NCBI GenBank assembly: GCA_030704615.1
Contig: CM060731.1
Location: 8,122,001-8,186,000 of the forward strand
Direction of reading: 5' to 3'
Length of the DNA stretch: 64,000 nt
Source: Takakia lepidozioides
Taxonomy: Eukaryota > Plantae > Bryophyta
Part shown: one piece after another, positions 53,001 through 64,000 of the stretch
How the letters are laid out: each line of letters opens with the position of its first letter
How positions within the stretch are numbered: the first letter of the stretch is position 1
Position numbers and translations under genes: made by a program
Notes under the pieces: model-generated
Told to the model about the DNA's origin: nothing
Databases searched by the model: none
The model's input: the letters and a program-made list of their open reading frames with translations, nothing else

Positions 53001-56000
53001 TTTTTTCTTGCAGTAGTTCTTTGTCCCATTTTGCCTTGGCGTCCACTAAGAGGTAATCAGATTTCGGTACTTTCTTTCATTTGGTACTTTTTTTTTAGCA
53101 GTAGTTGCTTTTGGGCTGCTTCTGGCTTCATTCTTTGTCTTTTATTCTTTCTTGTTTCTTGCTTTCCTTTTGTCCCATTAGCTATTTGAGCTTTCTGTGG
53201 ACGTTATAAAGCTCCATTTTATTCTTTCTTCTAAGGGCATTGGGAAAGTTTAGGGTGAGCTCCCACAATCTGCGGACAAAGACTGGTAGGTGGAACAACC
53301 TGCAACATGAGGACCACCTATGCCCCACTTGAGCTGGGAAATCAAAAGTCAAGACTTTCTTCTTTCACTGTCATTACTACTATGAGATCCGTGGGAGATT
53401 CAATTGTCTATCCCGTGATACCCTTGATCTCTCATGTGGGTATCCCATACCCAATCTCTCTTGGCAGCTTACTTGCATAAGGCATTGACTCTTAGAGAAT
53501 TCCTTGAACAATAGTTGCTTTTGGGCTGCTTGTGGATGGCACCTCTCTCTTTCTTGTTTCTTGCTTTCTCTTGTCCAATAAGCTCTTTGAGCTTTCCGCA
53601 CACCGCATTACAATACCATTTTATTTCTCTTCTTCCTCCTCTTGTATCCTGCTTTCTTTGGGGACAATAGGGAAATTGAAAGTGAAGAACATTTATTCTT
53701 TCATTGCCCTTTCTACTATGAGATCCGTGAGAGATTCTATTGTTTATTCCAAGATAGCCAATCTCTCACGTCAGAGGTCTTCCATTACAAGGATCAGAAA
53801 TGCTTAGTAACATATCTGCATGAGGAATCCCATGACTGGCTCAGGGAGGGTTAGATTGTAGTAGAGACTATACCCTCAAGGGCCACTTACATTTATAGAA
53901 TTGGTGACGTATATATTTTCTGCTTCTTGTGGACTTCTATCCTTGACATTCTGCAGGTGCTTTGATAACCGGGCCTCATGTGTGGTACCTTTGTCCCTAC
54001 ATGCAGTACTTTAAGCACTTTAGCCAGTATAGTCAACTTCTTCGTCTCATCTCTGGTCTTTTGCAGGGAGGGGATCTGGAGAAGGCTATTGATGTTTGCT
54101 TCCGCTCACAATTATTTGATGCTCTCAAAGCAATTGCTGAGGACCTTGACGAGGCAGCTGATCCTACCCTCATTGCAAGGTATATTCCTCTTGCAACACT
54201 CGGGAAGCAACTCCTGAGAATTTCTATGTTCTCTACCTCTTCTGGTTTTGCATCTTAGGATTTGCATGGTTTCTAGTCTGACAGGCTTTTTTGATAGCGA
54301 AGACTAAAATAATGGAAGAACTTAGGATCTACTACAGCTGTATCTTTAGGTAGAGCTTGTCAAGGGACGGGGGAGACAGACTGCCAGCCAAAAAAAAAAA
54401 AAAAACATGCAATCATGTAATGTAACAGGTGTGGAGATTTTCTTATGCTCCATAAGCAGATTGAGAAGGCGGTACAACTCTTCATTGTTGGAAAGCAGCA
54501 TCATCTTGCACTTGACCTCGTATGCCACCATCCTCTCTCCCCCTCCTTCCTGTCTTTCCAATGTCAAGATGCGCTGGAAAAGTTGTGAGCAGTCTATTGA
54601 TCCTTGCAATAATTCCTCAAGGTTTTAGAGGTCAATTCTTCTTCATGTGCTTGGTCAACATTTTGAGGGGAATGGATGAGTTTGAGAGCTATTGCAAATC
54701 AACATGTTGAAAACTCAGCTCTATGGTTTTTTGTCTGGCCTTACAACCATCTTCTCGCGACCTGCCATTATGGATGGTTCTCAAGACCTATATATACAGT
54801 ATGTGGGGTTTGTCCATATTGTTCATCAGGTGATATTTTGTAAAATAAATTAAACCCAACCAATCGTAGTCACAATGCGATAGCCAAAAAAGTTTTATCG
54901 GGCAGAGTTTCACTTCTGAAAGACATGCATCCACTGGCAGTGCATGAAGGAGGGGGTCACAATCACAGATAAAATGGCAGAAGCTATGGCTCCAAAAGCA
55001 GAAGAAAAGAAAACGAAAGAATTTACCCAACTACTCAGCTATCTGGCTGAGTGCTGCAATGCTCAAGGCTCCTACCACCTTGCTTGCAAGAAGTACACTC
55101 AAGCTGGGGATCGAGTCACAGCTATGAAGGTCTTTCTCCCTGGGTCATTTCCACTTGGGCCTCTCATGGACGGAATAATTCATTTGCCTCTTCCTCTTCC
55201 TCTTTCTCCAATTCATTTCGCTTCGCTGAGGTTTTTCTTTGGGAGGACCAATAGTACTTACTGACCTACCTGTGTGAGTCCTCTGTGTGAGGACTCCGAA
55301 TACCCTGTAAAGTACGTGTTTGTAGAGAGCTTTAAAAATTTGTGGAAAACGTTCAGATTTATTATATTCTTACCTTCATACTGCAGGCTTTGCTGAAGTC
55401 CGGTGATACAGAGAGGATCATTTTCTTTGCCAATGTATCTAGGTGAGAAAAATGAGCTCAACTTGAGCATGCCCTTGCCAGTCACACCTGTCCTTTCAAA
55501 GAGAGACAAAGAAGAAGTTAATATAAGAGGACGTCAAAATCCTTAAAATGTCCTAGGCATGATGAGGTTGGTCCCCCTCCTTGATGACAACCTCTTGATT
55601 CTCACTAACCTGCGGAACATGAGTGTCAATTAAAGGCTTCTCTCACATTGGCATTGCGGCGTGGCATTTTCCCTTGGCTGAAGACATCCACTCCCATACT
55701 TCATAGACTCCAAACTCTCCTTCACAAACTATTCTTCAGGCAAAGTTTGCAAGGAGATGAATGTCATATTGTGACCCTCGTCACCAATTTGAAGACACAT
55801 TTATAGCCAGCCAAGGCTGAAGTTTCCCTTTAATGTTGTCCCTGACCTGTACCAAAGTGCTTTCCTCCCTTTGCAAGACAATATAGCTATTCGCGTATAG
55901 TGGTTGGCCCTGTTTGCCTGTGGTCGTTTCTCTAGATATGACACAACTATTGAAGCTGCATTTCCCCTCAATTTACATTTGAAAGTGAAGAGATATGTGT

Positions 56001-58970
56001 TGGTGAACGAGACTCAAGACAACATTTTGTTTCTCATTGCACATGTGCTGTTGTGCGTAGGCAAAAACAAATATATGTTATGGCAGCAAACTACCTTCAA
56101 AGTCTCGATTGGCATGGTGATGCCAACATCATGAAAATGATTGTTCAGGTTGCCTTGACACCCCCCCCCCCCTCCATTTTGTTCCCATGGTGGATCTTTT
56201 TCTACTTTTATCCATAGCAAAATTCACCTCCTTTCTTTTGGTCCTTCCTACTTCAAGAGGTGTCTCATGTCCTGCAGATGTATACAAAGGCATGGGAGAT
56301 GGATTTGTTGGCATCATTTTATGAAGCATGCGCTCAGATTGAAATTGACGAATTCCGGGACTATGAAAAGGTCTCATGATTTTTTCTTACATTCTCTGTC
56401 TATGTCAAAGGTTAGTGGGTGTCGAGAATTTGTCCTATCTATACAACCCATGAATTAGAGACATAAAACCTGTTTTTTCCTTTGTCATGCATACTATGAG
56501 ATCTAGGATACTACTGTCTCTCTGGAGACTTCCAGGTTTTTGCAGAGGCTTTCCACTTTGAGGATCAAAGATGTCTAACAGCTTGCCTGAGTGAGTCACT
56601 CGTCTTTGGGCTACTTTGGCATCTTTTTTATGTGGGTTTTTCTTGTTGCTCTACTTTGTTCCGGGGGTGGACGTTATAAATAAATAAATAAATAAATAAA
56701 TATATTCTGATTCCTTCTCTAGGTGCTGATGGATGCCCTACTACAACATCAGAAAAGCATATTAGGATAAGTCACCAAAATTCAACGACAGTTGAGCCTC
56801 CCATCTTGGTGTTTGACATATATTGGTAGCAGGTAGAAGGTGCCTGATGCAGGCTTGTTGAATGATGGATCACCATTAGGCATTGGGCGCAATGAAGGAA
56901 GCACTCAAGTACTTGTTGAAGTCGAGTGGGGTAGACAAGGATGATAAACTCCAGTCCTTGCAACGCCGTATTGCTGAGGTTGAACATTTTCTTCAGGTTT
57001 GGGTCTGCACATCATCCGTTTTGGTGAACTTTCTGTTGTGCAGTCAATTGCCCATTTTTCAGAGATCAACCATATGATCTTCTATAGTTTTTTTTATAGC
57101 ATACATTAACGTTTACGTTGGTAATCATCTGCCAATGTTTTGGACAAAATGCTGGGATTGTAAATGTAGAGTTAACTCAGGTTGTGTTGGATTCGGACTG
57201 AATCTCAGATAAGGAGAATGGCTAAAAGTGATCCAACAGGGATGGTGCGTGCTTGCAATGAGCTCCTTTTACAACTTTCCCGTGGGAACAACAACATAGA
57301 GGTATGTCTTTTAAGGGTGCAATAATGAGTTGTTTAAGTCTAGGCAAGAGCCCCTAGAATGAGCGATCTTACACGTGTGGGGATTAGAAATTTTGGTTGG
57401 TGATGCACTGCATTACGGATGGCTTTCAAGGAGATCTTATATTTGCTCTGAAGGTTGAATTGTTAATTGTTTCTTCCCTTCTTCCATCTTTTCAAATGCT
57501 CCTTATAGGTTTCCCTTCTGATTTTCCAGAGCCACAAGTGACATAGGTAGAGCTAGCAGTTATTTTAGTTCATTTCTCCAACTCAGTTCTAAACTTGTCA
57601 CAGATCTGGTGTTCTGTGTGGGTACTTGGGCATCGATATTGATGGATGAAAAGTTTGGGCAATGCTAGCAATATATCCAGACTGTTCCCGGTTGTCTATA
57701 TGGCATGGTCGCTGAGTCATGCAGGCAACTCTACGTATTGGGGATCTCTATGCACTGCTTATTGAATTCTACTTCAGCCATGGAAGCATGGAGCAGGTTC
57801 ATCTCTATGCTTCTCGTTCACCTGTATCCCTTCATCCAAGTAGAACCATCTTCATCATACGAGATAAATAGAAAGAGACTTAATAATGTCGATAAAGGGC
57901 CACAAGGGCCCAATCTGGAGAAATCAAACATTATCTTCTAATGTTTTAGATTCATTTCATGCTCTTTAGGTATACCATTGTCGTTGGAGAGAAAAAGACA
58001 TGGTATACCAACTGTGGCATTGTTGTGGCATCATTGGGAATGTGGGCAAAGATGTAGCACAGTGGGGTAGCACATGTTTTTGAGGGTCATAGGGCATTGT
58101 ATTAGTATTGTTGTTCTTATTGTACTTTAGGTGTGAGCCAAGAAACAATAGTTGCCATGACCAAAGAATAGGTAAATTTGTTCCAAACAAGGGAATCTTC
58201 ATATGGCTGGGACTGCTTAATCCTTGGAACCGTCATTTGTTGAAAGATGAAGACAACTGTTGATATATCTCTACTTAAAGATGATCCGACTTATTCCTCT
58301 GTAAAGCCAGTTTTAGTCCTAACTGAGCATTTTTGCTCTTAATGTCTTGATCTTATGGGATCATGGGCCAGGCATATCAAATGATAGAGAAGATGCGGGC
58401 TCGGAAAATCTTGCTAGGACCCTTCATCGATCAAAACATTGTGGAGGCTATTTATCAGGTTTTTCCCTTTATACTGCTTGATAAGAAACTGGGTATTAAG
58501 TTAGAGCGCCGCTTGGTCAGCTTTCATCCATCCCCCATCGTGAAAATCTCAAATCTTGTGAAGAATATGAAAAATCATTTTAGTTGTCATACAATGGCAA
58601 ACTAGGATTTTGCATTAATCTGCATATGGATTGGCAATGGGGGGACAACAAATGGGTGGAATCAAACAACAGTCCATTGTGCAGCTGTAAATATGGCTAA
58701 TGCATGTTGCCCAGCTAAGCCAAAGAGTCCACGCAGTACCATTAGGTTTGCAATTTCCACATATTAGCAGTATAAACACAAGCATTAGGTAGATCCTTCC
58801 TCCTTATTGTTAGCCTACTCACAGTCTATAGTTTCTGTTCCATACACCTGGTTGCATATTTCAAGATCCTTTTGCACTTACTAACTGTGTGGGATTGTGA
58901 ATAGGCAATTGGTATGGAAGCTACAGAAGATCTTAGTGAAGCCATCAGTGAGGAAATTTTCCTGGTTTAG
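41038..58970 (+). CDS. IFT140: Intraflagellar transport protein 140 (IFT-A), about 27 exons
   Basis: Approximate exons include 41038-41136, 41971-42085, 42824-42933, 43271-43354, 44428-44591, 48454-48687, 48817-48927, 49495-49646, 54941-55129, 56278-56370 and 58905-58970 (TAG). Motifs [53 protein letters not shown] and [18 protein letters not shown]. 5' start is uncertain. Confidence 0.93.
45110..45620 (+). mobile_element. Cluster of short RTE 3'-end fragments in an IFT140 intron
   Basis: Repeated GAGCTTTCC(G/A)TGGAC(A/G)TTATAAAG plus ATTTC tail matching 35530-35589. Confidence 0.7.
45981..46833. mobile_element. Helitron-like pieces in an IFT140 intron
   Basis: CTAGGGTAGCCTGTGCCGTTGGCCCAAGTG is the reverse complement of the 31460 end. 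46710-46833 matches the 5' end with (TTTG)n. Confidence 0.7.
51196..51450 (-). mobile_element. RTE LINE fragment
   Basis: [33 protein letters not shown], homologous to 35100-35300. Confidence 0.8.
52985..53830 (+). mobile_element. Stacked RTE 3' fragments
   Basis: [31 protein letters not shown] and repeated 3'UTR motifs. Confidence 0.75.
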
Positions 58971-59704
58971 CCTCACAAGGTATTGGTCTACATCTATAAA
59001 CATCGCATGCACTTAACAGAGCACGCGACATCATAATTTACCCTGGTTGGTAAGTTGGGTCTAGTCGGTTCACTCTTTCCCTCCTTAAGGCCCTGAATTG
59101 TGGGTTGTCGCTCCCATGTTCCTTTTTGAAAAAGAAAAAGAAAAAAGAAAAAAGAAGTTATGGTTGGCTTCGTTGAGGTTTGTAGTGACGTCATACTCTT
59201 TTAGGAATAGTTAGCTTCCAGTTTTGCTCTTTGACATACTAAATACTAGTAATGGAAATGTGAGGAAGGCTGCCTGCAGAAAATGCAGTGTTTCTTGTCA
59301 TGGCTGACTTTTGAGGCCGCCTATGGTCTTGATATATAATGTTGCTTCTCACGTCTAGAACTATGGCACTAGTATTAAGTCATTCAAAGTGCTTGGTCCA
59401 TGCTCAATTTATTCGTTGTCAAATCTATCCTTTCGTTTGGTGCATTTAAGGCCTCTTGCAATTAGCTCTCTCTAAGAAGACACACTTGGGTCTCATTTCC
59501 CCTATTGGGAACCAACATGTACATATCCAAGGTGGGCATCTCTCTCTCTCAAATACACCCATACAATATCTTTTCTACACCCTCAATGATAAAAACAGCG
59601 GGGCGAGGGTGTATAACTACCCAACTAAAATTATACAACTGATTAAGGTCCAAGCTGGACATAGGCTCTTTTGTTTATTCTCACAGTGCTCAAGTAAAGA
59701 AATA

Positions 59705-59947
59705 GACCAACAGTCAGTAGCTCTGTTGGTAAGTGCACTGAGTGCCACCCAAATGACTCTGGGGTCAAATCCTGGGGTCAAATCCTGCTACTTGACGGGT
59801 GTGGTATGCTCTTCTCCCCCTTCCCTAGGCGGTGTCCCATCAGAAAGCCTTACGGCGAGGTTACTGTGAAAGAGGTTATTTTCTCCTCTCACTATCAAGG
59901 GGCCTGATTTGTGAGCTGTCGCTCCCTTTAAAAAAAAGAAAGAAAAG
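59705..59947 (+). mobile_element. tRNA-derived SINE, family A, second copy
   Basis: Matches the reverse complement of 3881-4116. Box B region is duplicated (GGGGTCAAATCCT x2). A-rich tail. Confidence 0.88.
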
Positions 59948-61184
59948 AATTTAGTGGAATATCATTGTAGCACTTAGGTGTTGTGATACTCACAATATCA
60001 GATGCACATTACAACTGCGAGATATGTATCCAAATATCATTAAAGCAGTCTATTAAACTGGATGCAAATCCTGTCTAAATGGGAATAACTGATCGGCTTT
60101 GATCTCATTTTCTGCCCATAGTGTTTTTGTTTGTGTTTGTTTAGGGTAAAACACCCTATGACCGTTATAGTTCCTATGACCGATCACCTCATAACTGCTT
60201 GGGTCAGGCGGCATGAGCCACCATTGCTGGGCCCAAGACTGCTCATTTGTGCCACTTGGCAAACAGTTGTTTGATAGAACCCCCAAAAAATGTGATTGGT
60301 CATTAGGCTCAAGGTTCACACAAGCGTTCGGATTGGTTCAACTTTGAAACCCCTAAACTTTGTGTGGACTTCATGAAATCACTTACTTTCAAGTGTGTTG
60401 GGATGCCCCGGATGTGGGGCATTTTATCAATTTTATCCGGGGTAAAAACGATAAAAATTCACCGTTAGATCTTCCGCCATCGTTAGATGAATGGTCATAG
60501 GCTTGTCTATCCTAAGTCATCATAGAAATATCAATGTAGTTGATATTGATACTTGTATGACAATACACAGCTCCTCTTTGTCAAGTGGAATCTATTTTCA
60601 TCCATAATAAACTTAAAAATTTCATAAGTTATTCAATAACAGAGATGTTTCCCAGAAGAGGTCTTACCTAGAGAAGACGACTCGATTTTAACTAACTCCG
60701 GACTTTGGCTTAAATCCGGATACGTATCCAATACGGACAGTCTTATACGACGTCCTTTAAGTGCACGGAGCGTAGGGTTATCAGTCAGATATATGGTTTT
60801 TAAAATGCAATCGAGAAAGTCGGACCAGGTGGTGATAAGGAAGAAATTGAATGACAATCTATCCTAGTAAATTTCAACCTGGTGCCCGTACACGTGATAA
60901 TCCACGACTTCGCAAGACTTAATTACAGACGTCGTTTACATTTAAATTCATACCACTGATTGACCTCAGTGTCTTCTAATACCGTGAGCAAGCTTCCTTC
61001 TCAGAATGCACTGCCCTGCTCCCTCAACCCCAATCATTTTGGACCATCTCTGTGAAAACGAAAACTATTTTACACAATTCATCGGCACAACCTCATGAGC
61101 AACTCACGCAAAGATTCTCGCACAAGAGTAGCTGGCCAAAAGCAAAGAAACTGTTCAGTAAAACATACGATTGATGGAGAACAC

Positions 61185-61508
<324 letters not shown>

Positions 61509-62307
61509 CTATAGCACTAATCACAGGGCAATGGTGAAAAGCGGCAAGGCACAGCACATGCTTCCACCAAAGTGCTAATCGAAACAGAAGACACGCCCCA
61601 CCAGTCAGCCACACAGAATGCAAACATTCACAGAATGAAGAACCCTCGCACTTTGCAGCATGATATAAAGCACACGAGAACCTTGACTCCCCGGAATGAG
61701 AGACGAAGAGGAACCACCACACGTGTGGGACGTTACAACATCTCACGGACCCGATGCAACGATGACTATGAGACTCAAAACACCGACGGTGAAGATGGGT
61801 CTGCAACAGATCTGATTTTGCAATGGGTGACAATCCTTTGAACTACACATACACCACACATTTATCATTCGAAAAATTCTTATCCATTGGGCAAATCCCT
61901 AAGATTCATTCCACGAACAAGTGTATCATTGAAACTAAGACTGGAGACGCTAACACATGCCCCACTTCTCAACCAAGTGTATGCAGATATCGTGATTTAC
62001 TCACGATTCAGATACATAGTGAAATTGGTTATAGACAAATGTTCTATACAATTGGTTCCACACCGCAGTAATGTCTACTACTGCCGCGAACCCAGCTTCC
62101 TTTGCAGACTGGACTGCAAACCCTAATCACTCTGCCCCATCATTACCCAAACTTACATGACAAAATTCGTCGGGAGAACTACTAGCCACTCATGAACGAT
62201 CTACAAAGATACTCCTATCGCTATGGTGGCCAAGAGCAGAGAAAATGTCTTCACATTGGTGGTGTTGAGTAACACCATGTGAGTGATGAAGAAAGAGGAA
62301 TAAAACC

Positions 62308-62649
<342 letters not shown>

Positions 62650-63043
62650 TCAGTAGGGAGCACACCAACACCCGAGCAATCCAAATCCACCGCGACGACT
62701 GAAGACAAACACTGATACAGCCACAAACAACACCTAAGATCCAGAGCAGCACAGCCGAAAGGAAGCAGCTTGGAGACGATTCGACAGCAGCAAGAAAGAC
62801 TTCTACGAGTGTGTGACACTCTCAACAACTTATACGCACAGACAAGCAAACACTCACCGCACTTGTTTTGAACGAGAGAGCGCGTGGCCCGTCGGATCTA
62901 CTCACGACGGTTCAGATGATACAGAATCTTTACCACCAGATTCAAAAACTGACGGCCTCGATGTGACAGAGTGGGAGAGGAAAGGGTGCCTGGAAGCCGT
63001 TGGATTCTCATCGACGGCTCTTGGATGATGTCATTTCAAAATC

Positions 63044-63054
63044 TCACGCGGATC
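63044..63054. promoter_or_regulatory. Plant histone promoter type II element (TCACGCGGATC, contains octamer CGCGGATC)
   Basis: Exact match ~425 bp upstream of the H4 ATG. Nonamer-like ATCCAACGG nearby on both strands (~62997, ~63080). Confidence 0.8.
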
Positions 63055-64000
63055 GAAGTTTGTCCGTCCGATAGTAAGAATCCAACGGTATGCGTATTAC
63101 TAACTCCTCCTACTTAGTTTGGGCGGGATTAGTCTAACTAAACTGTGGGAACTTTTGATGCTCCGGTTTTTGAATCAAAGAAAAGCTCGGGCGACATTCA
63201 GAAGCATCTTCCGAATTCATTGAGTCCTCTAGTGTAGATTCTATCCTCTCTGCAAGACAGATTTACTGACTATATTCCCCTTGTTTAAGGCATACCCCGT
63301 AGAGGAAGGGGAATAACCCCCTAGCGCCAGAAGCTTACCTTAGGCCCCGGCCGCATCTGCCGGTTAGGTAACCGACGGCTAACCGGTCAGTTACGTGGCT
63401 GGCCTGATAGCTAATTAATCCCCGGCCGCACCTGCCGGTTAAGTTAACTGGTGCAACGTAGTTAACAAACCGTGCTGCTGCCCGAATTCCTTTCCTGCCC
63501 GCACGATGGCATCGCCCTTTCCTCTCTCCTCGTGCGCACGAGCTATGGCGTTGTACAATCTGGAAGAATCCTTTGTCTCTGTTATATGTGACTTTCATTC
63601 TTGCAGGCACTGGGACGTCAAGAAGCAAGAGCCCCGCATATGACGGTCTGGAGCGCAGCCAAGTGACTCTGGGAGTGCAAAGAAATTACAGAGAGGCTGC
63701 TTTGGCCTGCCGTTTCTCCTTGTGTTCTATGAACAATGCGGGTATATGCCATGGCTGCTCAGTTGCACTTGGGAGTTTTCACTTCACCAGAGTTGAGACC
63801 TGCGCGAGCAAAGGAGTCGCTTTGGATTGAAATTTCCCATTCTACTGGGATCTCGGAGGTCTCCGTCTCTGAGCTTCAAACTTCCTCTCGTGAGTTGTGA
63901 TGAGGTGTCAGCTGAATTTAATTTAACGTAAGCCTTTTTCTTTTGCTGCATTGGTTATGGGGAAATTGCGTTGGAGGTGTGCTCTGCCGTCACTGGACTC

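Overview
This is eukaryotic land-plant nuclear DNA. The PLS/DYW PPR genes, plant histone promoter elements and two flagellar genes point to a lineage with motile sperm (bryophyte, lycophyte or fern type; inferred). The first ~33 kb is a nest of decayed transposons. It holds a Tcn1-like chromovirus split in two, an L1 LINE, tRNA-SINEs, hAT/mariner MITEs, CACTA ends, Helitron-like elements, a copia remnant, a 53-bp satellite and PPR pseudogenes. It also holds an unusual minus-strand Ty3/gypsy element with a C5-DNA-methyltransferase-like remnant between gag and RT and a PHD finger after integrase. The right half holds a CFAP119/CCDC189-like gene, a multi-exon IFT140 gene that seems to lack its N-terminal WD40 region, many RTE-LINE 3' fragments in introns, and two histone H4 genes. 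A shared 5-bp target-site duplication 23 kb apart in opposite orientation records a local inversion or inverted duplication. All family calls are by eye from motifs; no database search was run.
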